This document shows positions 24,593 through 38,473 of a stretch of DNA of 64,000 bases, piece by piece. The stretch lies in NCBI GenBank assembly GCA_051294905.1, contig CM119371.1, positions 40,860,001 through 40,924,000 of the forward strand. Reading direction: 5' to 3'. The translations under genes were made by a program, and so were the position numbers. Source of the DNA: Botryllus schlosseri (Eukaryota). Each line of letters begins with the position of its first letter. Positions within the stretch are counted from its first letter, which is position 1. The notes beneath the pieces are model-generated. The model did not search any database, was not told the DNA's origin, and saw nothing but the letters and a program-made list of their open reading frames with translations.

Positions 24593-26610
24593 CACTGGCG
24601 TAGCCAGGGGGGGCGAAAGGGGCGGTCACCCCCCCAAATTTCTTGAAAATTTTCGTAAAATCAATAGATATTAGACTATTTTGGGGCAAATGTATGCAAC
24701 CTAAAATTTTTCTTCGCGCTTCGCGCGATTTAGTGTCCGTTCATGTCTTAATTTTATTATCGGTATCACGAAAAAAATTATTCCGCAAACACCCATTATT
24801 GAATTTAGCTGCATTCTCAATTATAAGAATACAACCGTACCAGTAGATGCACTAGAGTAGCCTGAGGTCGTTGGGTTGATTGAATCTGTAGGAGTGTCAG
24901 TTCAGTATGGGGGTTGGGGACTGTTAGCTCCGGCAACTTCCGTCCCGGGACACACGAAGATATATAAAGTAGGCTACATGCGACTCCGCAAAGTGCGCTC
25001 CCAAAATGATTGACGACCATAAAACCGACCCATGTATTCCGAAGCCTTCGATATAGATTTTCGGGTGCTTAAATGGCTGGCACCTAATGATCCTGTCCCT
25101 GCAATCAGATCCCTCCAACATAAACGCAACTGGCACAGGAAAATATCACCACCTCCCGTTAAAAATTGCTAATTTGAAATTGAACGAGTCTGATCAAAGG
25201 AGTTTTTTTAATTTGGTCTGGTATGTATCAGCGATTTCAATCTTTAAAGTAGCGTCAATCTCTACCAGAGGTTACGCCCAAACCGTGCTTCAACGGAGTA
25301 ATAAGAATGGACACCACTTGCTCATATAGACGTACCAATATTATTGATCAAATTCTTTCATTTTTTCAAAAAACATTTATGCTCCGCGCGACTAGGGCCG
25401 AAATTCACACTGATTGTTCATCACTTTATGTCAGCGATTTGGGCTCGTCCGTGCAACGACCGCCTTTGGCAACTGGAAGCTTCCATAGAGTATGTGTGTG
25501 TGTGTGCGTCTAAAAATCGTATGTATAAAGGGTAGTGATGAAATTGCCTATGGCAGGATGTACGGTTCTGCGAGATGTTCCCACGGGAGATATCCCCTAA
25601 AGTCATAACCCCCCCCCCCTAATTTTCTGGCTACGACCTTACGTGTGCTCGATCTCTTGAGTGGTGACAGCATTCTACGCAAGTCATCAAGTAACAGCAA
25701 TAAGTGACAACTGTCTCGTCCGGCGTCCACCCTCAATAGAACAGGGGCGGCCAACCCATGGCCCGCGAGAAGGTTTTGAGATGCCCGCGGGTTCATTCTC
25801 GAAATTACTAGTATTATCAACAAATAAATCACCAAAACCGAATAACTAAAATTTGATTAGCCTGACCGCGAAATTTGGGATTTTGCCGACTAAAATATCA
25901 GTTCCGAGTTCCGACGCATTGGCGTAGCCAGGGGCCAGCCACATTTTCGCAGATCGTGGTATATGACTATATAATGAACAATATTTCGCGCGGCTAGGTC
26001 GGGGATCGACACCAAGTCTTCGTGTCATAATTGTTATTGATTTTGATCCGTATAATATAAGTATTGTTTCAACGTTACCTATTATCCGGTACGCTCCTAT
26101 CGGAAGACTAAAAAAGCTCATCACCATTCAAGTGGCCCACGCAATGGTTCGTAAGTCTCATGTGGCCCTTTGGCCACCCTGCTCTAGAAACTCTAAATAG
26201 TCTTGCCGTGTGGTATGAACATATTGCTCAAGATGTAGATATATAATTAATTGCCCGCTGAATGTTTGATGACACCACTTCTATCAGCCCTGCCGGTAAA
26301 TCTGATAATGATAACGTATTTGCAATATGCAAATACCAATATAATGAACCAATTTCATTCAATAACCATGAAAAATTTTCGCGCTTCGCGCGAAAGTGTT
26401 GTCGTCCTGGTTTTCCACAATCATCATTTGATCACATCCGTCTGTGAGTGGAATATATGTAACGACCGCCCCAGATGTTGTGTTAATCATCCAATAAGCG
26501 CCCAAGTCCATCGATTTTACCTATTTTTTCCTTATCTTTAAGGGGGGGGTCATTTACTTCATCGAATTTTTCGCCCCCCCCCCCAAATAGTTTTTCTGGC
26601 TACGCCCTTG
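24593..26610. mobile_element. 2-kb composite non-autonomous hAT element J
   Basis: Ends CACTGGCGTAGCCAG and CTGGCTACGCCCTTG; perfect TSD GGTTCATC (24585-24592, 26611-26618). Confidence 0.8.
25742..26181 (+). mobile_element. Charlie-like hAT MITE family I, nested in element J
   Basis: Same left end as 7967; imperfect TSD CAATAGAA/CTCTAGAA resembling the Charlie target NTCTAGAN. Confidence 0.75.
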
Positions 26611-26749
26611 GGTTCATCTCGGCATAGTGCCCGATTTCACAGTTCCTTTTTTCGATGTTATTCTCTATTCCGCGGCTCTTTCCATTCCTTGTGAGTGCGC
26701 TCTTTCATTGCGTCTTTTTTTATTAGTCTTTATAATAATTGGTACTATC

Positions 26750-27709
26750 CAGTGTTGGGATGACTCGAGTCATGACTTGACTCGAGTCAGACTAGAGTCA
26801 CCTTTTTCGTATGACTTGACTGGATTCGAGTCACTTTGCTAAAATGACTTGACTTGACTTGACTCGGCGTATCAGAAATGTGGATTGACTCGTGACTCGG
26901 AGCAAAATTCACGAGTCAATTTCAAGTCATCAAGTAAAAATCACCTTTTCTTGCATCTTGCATCTTGTTCGCCAAACTTTTGTGTAACCCATGAGAGCGA
27001 CCGATCATTAAATGATTGTGCGTTTTACTGAGCCCCCAATATTCTCCCACAAAGATATTGACCACAAACGAAGTGATCGAAGCTACAGCTTAAGTTGTCG
27101 TGAACTAGAAGTAAAGTAATTTCATAGCCAAATATATATTTGTGATCTCTGCTCCTACCTTAACCGAACCTCTTGTTTTATTGAAATTGTAATCGAATAT
27201 AGTTTATATACTCCTCAACCATCGGCGCAGACTCGAATTGTATCATATCAATATGTATAAATGGGTAATGTATTGCATTTTCTCAATTCGTTTCTCGATT
27301 CTCTATCTTGGTTGGTAGCTATAAAATGAGGCTATGCAATTACTTATGTAGTTCAACAGTTCTATGTTTATGTGAGCGATACAGCCCCTTATTGCATGTA
27401 TATTCAACTCTATATTCGTTCATCGGTTCAGAATCAATGACCAATCAATCTGTTACTCAGAGACCTAGCGAAATGCAATGACGTAATCATGCTTCATATT
27501 TCTAAAAGGCAACTTGACTTGAATTTTGACTTGACTCGTGACTTGACTTGACTTGACTCGACTTGACTCGAGTCACCTCCAAAAATCGACTGACTTGAAT
27601 TGACTCGAGTCACCTTCGAAAATCGATTGACTTGACTTGACTCGAGTCAAAATGTTTAATGACTCGAAATGTCTCGTGACTCGAAGGTAGTGACTTGATC
27701 CCAACACTG
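26750..27709 (-). mobile_element. non-autonomous hAT-type element, family A (inverted copy)
   Basis: TIR CAGTGTTGGGA...TCCCAACACTG; TSD GTACTATC (26742-26749, 27710-27717); homologous to 902-2130. Confidence 0.9.
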
Positions 27710-28190
27710 GTACTATCTACACAAAATCCGAGGACAACCTCCGCCTCCAAGAGTCTTTTTAAAATCCAAAGAGTACAGCTTAAGTAGTTCGACATTCAAA
27801 ACTGGAAGTACTCTAAAAAACATAACCAATTGAGTAAGTACTTCGTTGCTTACCACTTCTGAGAATTATGCAGTATAAACTCAAACATTATATCTAATAT
27901 AAGTTCCTCAACGAGCCTGAATATTTGTATTGGCAAAATATATATGGGAATGGCCACATTCGCACAGTATACATATTCTACAATGATGTAGCACGCGAAT
28001 ACCTAATATTTGGCCACAGTGCCTGTAATCTATTAAACAAGAGTACCAGGAGACCCCTCTATTAACGCCACTGTCTGACTGTCACCAACAGCTGTCAAAT
28101 CCACACGAACAGCATTCTAGTCAGTCCGCGTGTATACAACCATGGAAGATGACAATAAAATAACACCTCTTATTCAGAATCACGCTGTCC

Positions 28191-28465
28191 AAGCGAAATA
28201 GTGTAATGGTGATGCGTCCGGCCTCACGATCGGTAGAACGAGTCATAATTTCTAATCCTATAGCCGGCGACTCAAGCGCTCCAAAGTTGACCGCTTATTC
28301 GAAAGCTACTGTAGCGCTGATTCCGAAAAGGAGCATTATATTCTGATCAGAGCAATGTAACCACTCAAAAACAGCCCCTGGATATCAATAGTCACCAAAG
28401 ACTAGGAAATTGTCACCCGCAGTTATCATGCTTGGCGCTCAGCAACCACGGATAGCGTGGAGGAG
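28191..28465 (+). mobile_element. diverged, interrupted SINE family 1 relative
   Basis: ATAGTGTAATGGTGATGCGTCCGG head and ACCAAAGAC...GCTTGGCGCTCAGCA core, separated by ~130 bp of other sequence. Confidence 0.55.
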
Positions 28466-30988
28466 AAAAAACGGGGGTGCAGACTAGGTGACCTAAGGGT
28501 CGCGTCGCATCTCCGTCGTCAAAGTATAGAGGATGTACATCTTCTATGGTCAAAGCATCTCGATGGTGCAGGCGAAAAAGAATATCATCTCTCTGTGTCT
28601 CTCAATAGGCGAATATTTTAGGCCTACGAAATCCCTTACCACAGCGTACCAAGTTATTTCATAACAGTGAAATCGGACTCAATTTCATTTCATTTTTAAT
28701 AAGCTGTAACTGTGTGCCAATAATTTCCTCAACCTTGTAGCCGCGGTAGATTTTTTACAAAAGAGTCAGTGCTCGGCGTAACAGTGGCGCGTTTCAGGTG
28801 TTATTCCTTATATCAAATTCCCTATATTACCAGCACTCAGGTTACCGAACATGAATCGATATTAACTATACCTTCAGACATTGTTTTACAAGCCGCAAAT
28901 TCCTAAGATAAATTACGGGTAACGGCCAGTTGCTTCGGTCAGTAATTAGCCATAAAAAGTAAGTGTTAAGGTGATGATTTGTTAACAATAAAAGCGGTCT
29001 ATTTATCTCGGTGCTCGAGAGGTGGATTTTGTAATAGATTGTTTACGATCTTTACGCGAGAGAATCGCGTTCCAAGCGGAGCGAGACGACGACAGTTAAC
29101 CCTCTCCCGTGCCTCATTATCAGGTGCGTTCGTTCAATAGGATGTTCCTCTGGACCATATTATATTAATATGTATTAATTTTTAATAGTATAAGGGTCAT
29201 AGGTTGAGTTAGGAAAATGCTTTTTCCTGAGGGTTTAAAGTTTAAACTTTCCATTTCTCTGAAATTGAGCGTTGTATTATTACGAACCTTCCAAATTACC
29301 CGAAATCGGGTATTTGTTAAAATTGCCAATCTTTTAGATTAGTCAAACTCATGTTGCCAATTTTGTTACCTGATATTGATGTTTTTATTCTATAATTTGG
29401 TTGTTTTAACGGTTACCATATTATACTGAGCCCGACCGGTACTGTGACACCAAATGTTGATGAAGATGATATATTCTGTCTACCAAATTTGTTGGTAATT
29501 GCCACCAATTAGCAACTAATTGCATGAAGGAATAGGAGCAGCCGTTTCCTGATGCCATACAAATACCATCGTGTCAAGCAGTCTTTGACAACTAGATAAT
29601 TCAAGTTGTCTGATTCGACTCATCAGAGCGAGATGCCGGTGATCTCATTTTAATATAATTTGGTAAAGGTTTCTAATTCTAATCTAATTTCTCGTGTTAC
29701 TGAAAATGGTATCGGAGAACTGTATGCTGCTAAACGAGTCACGTTTGGTGTAAAAGCATTTCCTCTGATTTAATATGAGCTGAAATTGATTTTGTTGTAT
29801 TTATGATAAATTCGGGCTTTAATTCAATTTCCATGTTGTTGCGAATTCAGCAACACTAATTCTAATATATGTAAACGCCGACAAATTCTCCAGTGATCTT
29901 ACTCTGGTGTCAAGGCAGGGACCAAATTCGTATAGTAAGCGCGCATACCATTTCATCTTTAACAGCCAGACGCCGGTAAGACGTACACAGCGGTAACCAA
30001 TTTATCCTTTGATCATTGCTAAATACCACGGTTGTTCTGTGTAATACATATCATTACCTACTTAATTGTATCATTCCAGCACTGCATAATCAGCCCAGTA
30101 CTCGTCGACAGCATGTTGGTTTTTGTAATCTGACACTTGTACGGTTTGCATCGGCCGCATTAACATTTTAATTCGACATTCGACAACACACAGTATGAAC
30201 TTTCATTTGTTGCACCTGCAGCTCCGTGATATCTGCATTGATGATAATTTGTTCCGTCTGGTTCGGGATTTAATTGGCTTACCGCAACCGGTAGGTTATT
30301 CCAGCGATATCTAAAACTAGATATCCCTGGGTTATTCGTACTTCAACTTTGGAAGCCACCAGTCGCGTTTGATGAAACTGAAGGGGATAGTGATGTCAAA
30401 GGCGTTGCCTAGCATAGCTCACGCTGCACATAATAAGTATGATGCAAAATATATTCACAGATGCGACATAATAGCTATGTATAGATGAGCGATTTCCTCC
30501 ATACTTCAATACAGATAAAATATGAGTTTTCTTTATCTAATACCACACAGAGATGATCGGTCATATTGATATTTATAATGCATCATGCGGAATTTTGATG
30601 CAGTCATGTACAAATCGAAGCCTAGATTAGGTAGTAACTCGAATATTCTCTCAACAAAAAGTTTCGAGACACTTCTTGGAAGATTGCATGTCAGTTGCAC
30701 AGCATGCTATTGTGCAGTCTCTAATTTCAAATTTATCGTATGTATAAAAGTGTATATATTTGATTCAAGTCAGCCAACTTAAAACCCATGCTGGAAAGAG
30801 AGAGTACTTCGCCATCTCCGTCTCGTTGGGTTCTCAAAGCTCAGTGATTTCGATTTGGCTGAAGATATAGGCTCGATGCCCCACAGCCCTACCTCTTTAG
30901 TCGGGTTTTGGACCATTTCTGGTTTGCCCGCCAGGAGACAGACAACGGTAAGTGTAACTACTGAGCCAACAAGCTAACTCATACTGCT

Positions 30989-31323
30989 TAGGGTTACCAT
31001 ATTTTGGAAATGGGAAAGAGGATACTTTTTCAGAATTTTCAGACTTGCAAAACCGGAGGAGAATTCTGAAAAAATTTATCCGTTGACCAACGTTTCTCGG
31101 TTGACTAAAGAAAGAAGAAAAAATTGGTCAACTTTTCGCTCAGCTTCAGAAATACCCGCCGGAGCGTCACTTCGGTGCTGATTTACGGCATCTCAGTCGA
31201 ATTTGGCTATCAATATGACCAAAATTCTCAAAAAAGAGGACAAAAGAGCGTCCTCCGATGACATTTTCAAAAAAGTCAAAAAAGAGGACAAATCCTCTTA
31301 AAAGAGGACGTATGGTAACCCTA
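30989..31323. mobile_element. hAT-type MITE family L
   Basis: TIR TAGGGTTACCATA...TATGGTAACCCTA; TSD ATACTGCT (30981-30988, 31324-31331). Confidence 0.9.
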
Positions 31324-31451
31324 ATACTGCTGACATATCAACCTCACTTATCGGCACCTGCGTCATACATTTTCATCACTGGTAATTTTATGTTATCCAT
31401 TATTTGTTTCCATCCAGTGTGCACTGTGCACTGCGCAGCGTGCCTGTGCAA

Positions 31452-32071
31452 TAGGGCTGTTCAAAAATAACCTTTTTTCCTGAATCTTGCTGATTACTTG
31501 ATTAAATCGTTAGGTTGCCTTAAAAAACGACGCACACCAAATTTGAATTCATTCCAACCAATATTTTCGGATTTCGTAGAGTTTGAAAATTTTGTATTTG
31601 CCCAAAAATGCAAAAATTTTTTTTTTTTCAAATTTTTCTGCCAACCCCATTAAATTGTTGCGCTGTTTTCAAAAACGTTGCAAAACAAATTTGACTCAAT
31701 TCGAAGCCGTAGAAGTGGAGTTAAATCAGTTTTTCTTTGATAATTCTGGGATTATCCTTGATTAGTGGATCATCCCAGAATTATTTTCAAAAAACTTGAA
31801 TAACTCCGCTTCTGCAGCTTGGAATTGAGTCAAATTTGTTTTCCATCGTTTTTGAAGACAGCGCAACAATTTCATAAGGTTGGAAGGAAAATTTGAAAAA
31901 AATTCTTTTTTGCATTTTTAGGCAAATTCAAAATTTTCAAACTCTACGAAATCCGCGAATATTGGTTGGAATGAATTCATATTTGGTGTGCGTCGTTTTT
32001 TAAGGCAACCTAACGATTTAATCAAGTAATCAGCAACATTCAGGAAAAAAGGTTATTTTTGAACAGCCCTA
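31452..32071. mobile_element. foldback hAT-type MITE F (near-perfect 620-bp palindrome)
   Basis: TAGGGCTGTTCAAAAATAACC...GGTTATTTTTGAACAGCCCTA, arms ~300 bp meeting near 31760; perfect TSD CTGTGCAA (31444-31451, 32072-32079); inserted in a LINE 3' tail. Confidence 0.95.
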
Positions 32072-32939
32072 CTGTGCAAGTGTGCATGCCTCTTATTTAC
32101 ATCGCCGAGCCTCAGGTGGGTGTCTGATTTCAAAGACTACTCCAAGTCGTTTCTAGACCTTCCTGTCTTTTCATTGTATCGCAGTTTTGTGGTATCTTGG
32201 AATTATGAAATTATTAGGATGGTTGATTACTAATGATAATAACCGGACCCTCGTATGTGGTCAAGTTACGACTTACGATAAGGTGACAAAGGTATACCGC
32301 TTAGGTTCCGCTTTCAAATCTTGGATCGTAGTTATGCCTCGACTTGAGTGTACTGGCGACCTCAATCTCGTACGACGCGTCAATTCAGAGCAATTTTATC
32401 TATTACCCGTGTGCAGTACATGACAGTGTATCGCTACTATTTTACTCGTAGCATAATTACATTCCAGGACCGACAATATACAGTACACGCTTTCCATCTA
32501 ATTGCTTAATTATTCCTTCGCACATTTTGCCTAATTTAATGGCAATGTATCGGCTTGGTATTTAATTCGCCAGTCGTCAATTAGATGCAGAGTCTAGTAT
32601 CAAGTGTCTGTCGCGAGAATAACTTTGTGTTGGATGATATACGAGGCTCGACCGAACGTATAGTACCTGAAATTGGCGTTAAACGGTTCGCCGCAACCTG
32701 TGGTGTAGGAATTGTAACCGCTACCGGTGTTTTGAAACCGAAAATATGGTGAACATTCAATCATGCTCTTTGTGACTTCGTGTTTTAATGACTGCAACAG
32801 TATGTGGCGCTATACTGTAGTTTTGATGGCGGATTGAAATGATATCTCCAGAATCCAAAATCGGTTTATCATCAGAATGCAGTTTGTAGAGTCCATAACT
32901 AATGCAAGGCATGTTGTCTAGGATGCAATATGCATTGAT

Positions 32940-33155
32940 TTCAAGATATACTACTCTTCGAAGTTCCAACAAAATGCCTGTCTTGGCCGTCCGAGTCTCG
33001 AGTCGAATGACCTGATGGTCGAGTGATGCGTAATCACTCAAGTACAAGTCGACTCAATACACAAGTTGCCTCAAGTCGATTCAAGTCATTTTCCATGTCT
33101 TAGAAAATGACTTAAGTCAAGTTAAGTCACGAAAATTCGCGACTCGAGTCATTAC
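32940..33155 (-). mobile_element. family B fragment
   Basis: GTCTTGGCCGTCCGAGTCTCGAGTC...GACTCGAGTCATT similar to the 10750 copy. Confidence 0.55.
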
Positions 33156-33159
33156 TACA

Positions 33160-33586
33160 GCGAGGCATGGACCGAAACCGCATTGGATATCCGGTAGGAT
33201 TTTCTAGTTTGTGGCGGAGCCGGTTCGGAGCTGGATCAGTACTTTTTCTGATACGTCCGGAGTCGGATCGGAGCCGCGGATCAGTACTTTTCTCTAAGAA
33301 TAGGGCAGCCTTACCCTCTTCATTGAAATAAACCAAATGATAAGTCCAAGTCGGCATAATTACATCAGATAAGGGTTGGGCTATATCTCTGAGTTTTTAA
33401 TTAGCCTACCTGTTTGCATTTTTTAAATCAATATTCACTACCATCCTGTGAGTACATAATTATTATCAGGACTTTTCGGGCCGGATCACGGTCATATCTA
33501 GAATCCGGCCTAGGGGCCGGACCAGAACTTTAAAAAAACAATATCGGCGTAGGACCAGAGTATTTGTCGATCCGAACCGCACTAGT
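33160..33586. mobile_element. MITE family O (CCGGA/GGATC motifs); partial second copy at ~34795-35050
   Basis: The AAATAAACCA...GGTTGGGCT block and CCGGA-rich right end are repeated directly at 34795-35050. Confidence 0.55.
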
Positions 33587-34142
33587 CGGTACAACCTCGG
33601 TGCCAACGCTGGCTAGTGACAACTTTGACCGCCTTTGCTAGATACAGCGAAAGCAGTTATATGTCACTATTATCGCGTGAGCGCATAAAAATAACTTATC
33701 CTACTAAGAATAAGGAGCAGGCTAAATTCATTTGAAGAATTCCGCCGATATTGATTCCGGTCACGTAATACAAGACCGTGAATTATATATCGAAACCGCA
33801 GTAACAATTAAAGCCACGATTGCCCGCTACTGTTTTGCTACAAGCAACCGGAATACAGCCTGTTTCGGATGAAATTTGTCGTAACTAGTGACTTCGCTCG
33901 GAAACAGAGATCATGACCCGATAGATTCGTGTGGCGAAAACCCTTTTTTAGCTTTAATGATAGACGTGGGGGTTCAAAACCGGTATACTTACAGAGTATA
34001 GGGCAGGTGTCCATTGATGATGCAACTAGAGTTCAATGTTAAAGCTATATACTGTAAACGTAGCCAGCGTTGTTACTCGGTGGTGGCCGATTTCGAAATT
34101 GCAATATGCATTTTCGCGACGAACGCAAAACGACTAATTATT

Positions 34143-34518
34143 GGAGTATTTGACTGTATTAAGGTAAGCATCGCCTTCCTGGACCCTGGGCGGTGCGAAA
34201 CCCTAGTGGTCCAATGCAAATACTTTCCAATCACTGTCTCATGAACCCAGGAAGAGTATGACCGCCAGGCCTTCATATTCCGACCCCGGGATCTGGTACC
34301 GCACCGACGGGCCAGTATCCCATGCACAACCATGGTGGCGAGGGCAATCTTGTGGCCGCAGACTCAAGCCCCTCTAAGCCTGGTTATGCAAACTCGTTGC
34401 ACCTTCCGCTAAGAGAGAAAAAAGAAGGTAAAATGCGAGCAACCGCGACGGGAAATCTGTGTCCCATGACACAGAGGACCCGATACGGGGGGAGGTTTAC
34501 CTTGAAAAAATAATTAAA
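34143..34518 (+). mobile_element. tRNA-derived SINE family 3 (single copy in window)
   Basis: GC-rich insert with a tRNA-like head (GCATCGCCTTCC...GGTGCGAAACCC), A-rich tail and 16-bp TSD AAAACGACTAATTATT (34127-34142, 34519-34534). Confidence 0.7.
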
Positions 34519-35896
34519 AAAACGACTAATTATTAGAAATACCATATGTCAGAGGATTTTTCCTCTTTTTTAATGAAAACCGAAATGTCCTCCGAGGACA
34601 CCCTAACGTCCTCTGTTTTCGCAAATCGTCCTTTTTATTGCCGCTGGTGACATAGAGACAGCTAAAATTTGTGATATCGGCAGAAAAGACACGTGTAAAC
34701 TGGCTTCCTATACGATTGATGTTTTCCGTAATAATCACCCATTTGAATGTCTGTTGATGTCCACCCTGGCATTAATAGCTATGCTGAACAGTTCTTGGAA
34801 ATAAACCACATGCCAAGACCAAGTTGACAAAATTACTTCAGACTATGGTTGGGCTTGATCTTTGACTTTTTAATTTACTATTTGATTTGTTTCAATCACT
34901 ATTCAATATCAATCTGTGAGTAGACGAATATTATCGGAGTTTTTTGAACCGGGTCACCCAGCCTGTAGGAGCCGGACCGGAGTCAGACCGGAGGTTTGAA
35001 AAACAGGATAGGAGTTGGATCAGAGAATTTGTAGATCCGTCGCGCACTCGTTACCATACGTCCTATAGGAGGGTTTGTAGCTTTGAGAGCCAGGCGATTG
35101 TACGTACATCGACAACTAACACGGTCAACGCTTATTGATTTTACGCAGGAGCGGATCTTTCGGGGGACGACTTATGAAAATTACCTTTTTAAGTTTTTAG
35201 TCAACCCAATAATATTTCCCGCAAACAAGTCAAATTCCTCGTTTTCTCGTCCACTGTGATATCTTTTGTAACTTGTAGAAAGTATCCTCGTTTTCAGATC
35301 TCAAAATAATGTAACCCTAGTTACTCTGATACATTGGATAATTGGCGAGGTTATTTTGACTATTTCCCTGATACAAGTGTTGTTAAGTTACCCCAAAACT
35401 ACTTTATGATGTTCAGAATTCAATCTATAAAATGTAAGTTGCGTTGCTCTAAAATCTATAGTCAAGTAAAAGCGGAAACAGTATAAAAAAAATACCAATT
35501 TGATCAAGTTATAGCGCATTCAGTACTCCGAAAAGGCAGAGTTACTTCGTTAAATGACCAATTCTGATAACTATATAGTTCTGCATGTGATGTGTAATAT
35601 TCTAGTAACTAGTTGAATAGCATACATCCGCTTATGTAAAAATAGTAGCACACAGCTAAACTAATAACTAGTTATTTAATCTGTAAAATTTGACAGAGCT
35701 CGTCCTGTACTCGGTCAAGTCATTATAACCTAACATGGGAAGCATTAGTTATATATTTATCCTTTGCATTCTAGTCTGTGTTTAGAAAGGACTATTTGAA
35801 GTAAGTTCAATCGTGTTGTAATCATAATGTATATTTAAGGTGTTTTATGTTATGAATTCCTAGGAGATGTGCAACTTCAACTTCTTGCGTTGTTAC

Positions 35897-36400
35897 CAGA
35901 CTTATACAACGACTGGATTTTCGAATTGCGCATCTAAAACTAGAACTAGAACTGCTCACTTTTCAAGTCTCGCAACTAAAATGGGAATAAGAACTAATGA
36001 AGACCATATAAAAAATCCGCAACTAACCAAAATATAACCAACTAGACTCGATTCCGAAGTAACTAATACGAATTACCGAATTGCTAAGAAATATTGTATA
36101 TAGAGCCGGCATTTCAAAAGAACTGGACTTCGACCCCAAAATTCCACCTCACGGCTACCCCGCTGTTAGTAGGGCTGACTCTGAGCTAGCAGCGGCCGTA
36201 AAAACATCAGACGACACGCCAAACGACAACACGTGTTTCTAGTTGTTTGCAACTATTTTTAATCTTCAACTAGAACTAGAGTTAAAACTACTCAGCTTTT
36301 CAAAGCCCATGAGTAGAACTGGAACTAGATCTAGAACTAATCGAAAAATCAGTGATTAGTTGACCGTCAATTGACTATTGGTAGTTTGAACAAGTCTATA
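35897..36400. mobile_element. MITE family N
   Basis: CAGACTT...AAGTCT ends; TSD GTTGTTAC (35889-35896, 36401-36408). Confidence 0.78.
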
Positions 36401-38473
36401 GTTGTTACGCTACTACCGCGTTGTACTTGATCGTAGCCGGATCGAGTTTCCGTAAGGCTACTTGTCGCGGTGCGCGTTTCATAGATAGCGGTAAAGTTAC
36501 CGCATAATCCGCGCGCCCCTTTAAAATTCTAGGAAGCAGAAATCTGATATTTTACCTCAACTATTCAAGCGCCGCAGCCATCTCGTCTTCACAACCATGT
36601 CCACTGTAAACAAAGGCGCTAATCGCAATAATAGCGCAACGTGCTGCCGTCTGTCGCGAACGGGTTAACCATATCGAGAGGGGTCCTGAACGTCAGTCGA
36701 GCATCCCTTTATAAACCGGCTCTTTGAGCGGAATAGTTGAGATAGACGTTGGCGGAAAGCAAGCCACACTTAGTAGGTTCACACAGCCTCAGGCATCGCT
36801 ACGGTGTTGGAACACGCCGTGACAGTAATTTCACTTCGCGGATACGATTAGAAAGCATTTATCTCATAATTTCGCGCAAGATGGGCTAAAGAATGCAGGC
36901 AGTGTTCAATATCACTCACTGTAAGACCGTATTACAGCCTGCGCTATAGTAGAAACGATATAATGCCTGCGTTACAGGGTACTTATGTGATGCTTCGTAG
37001 ATACGTGAGTTAGCATTTAATAGCAGTATTGATTTCGTTTTATGACCGTATATACCTCAAGAACAATGCAGCAATCATTTTTGTAAGCTGCGGTACCATA
37101 AAAATTTGATGACTGCTATCAAACTATTTATGTCATATTGTCTACACTGGTAGATTGTTAACGATGACAATGTATACTATGACGAGCCGATTAGCAGATG
37201 GCTACTCTATACAAGTTGTTATATTGTTTGGAGGGATAGATTTCTAGTGAAGATTGGTAGTTTGCTGTGAAAAGCGACGTTCGTACCACGATTATCTCTG
37301 TAGTAACGCAGAAATATCTTGGTATTGTTGAAGTTCAGCCTGGGATGTTGTATGTTGTATGCCTGTATCCATATTTGCTATTAGAAAGACAATGTGCATT
37401 TGGCTGTCGGATACATTTCGACCGAAATTTCGTACTACTGGATACAAATACAGATATACGACCTTTCAGGTCGGCCGATTCGTCAAATAAATCATATCCA
37501 ATAACGAATATAGTTAATCTAATAAGCATAATGCTGTTTCATGTAGTACGTAAAATTTTACTGCTGAAAATTCAGTAAAGTTGGCATGGATTGCCTCGCA
37601 AGACTTGACGTAGAGCTATGCGGGACCTAACGTGTTTCTTTAGCATTCTAGTACCGTTTGAGGACTGGCGTGTGAATGAGGGGGATTATTTCGAAGTCAT
37701 TTTTTTTCATATTCGAGGCCTGGGACCGATCGCTGTTTCGGGGTTTTGTATTTCTCAAGCCCCTAATCAGCGTGCCGACCCGTGATCTACGCAATCGCAA
37801 TCAGTCTTTAAGCTAGTAAAAGCTTCATACCTGATTTATCACATTGCGAGCTGTCGCATTCAACCATTCAGTTATATTACTTTATATAAAATACTATTAT
37901 ACTAATAATTTCATAAATTCGAAACATCACAAGATTGCGATACAATAGGAAGGTGTCGAAACGAGTTGGAGTATTCTTTCAATCAAACACTCTCCTTGAC
38001 CTAAAGAACATGTAAATAAATGCGTTTACACTAAATTAAAAGGTACAGAAGATAACATAAATAGGACATTCGACGAAAACGAAGTGTCGTATGTCAGTAG
38101 GCGAAATATTTTGTTGGATCGTGGTGCAGTAATCTCGAGCGTAGACTGGTTCCGAATTTATGGTTCCGAAGACGATTTTTAGCATTCTGCGACGCCGACC
38201 GAACGTGACACGTTTATTTGCTGTGCGTGAGAGTATTTTCGATAACCCACACGCTCCCATTCTCGGGACATCGTACTCACCCATAATCGAGATACATTAC
38301 TGTATTATGGCTATTAATTGTGCGTATCGCTTTCCGCTCGCTATTATTAGGAAATCGCATATCACGATTTTGATCTTCAGCATTTTAGGTGCTCTAATGC
38401 CGGAAACAATGTTCGCATATAGAGACTCTCGATGACAACAGAAATATCATAGACTGAGCGTATTGCTCAGTTG

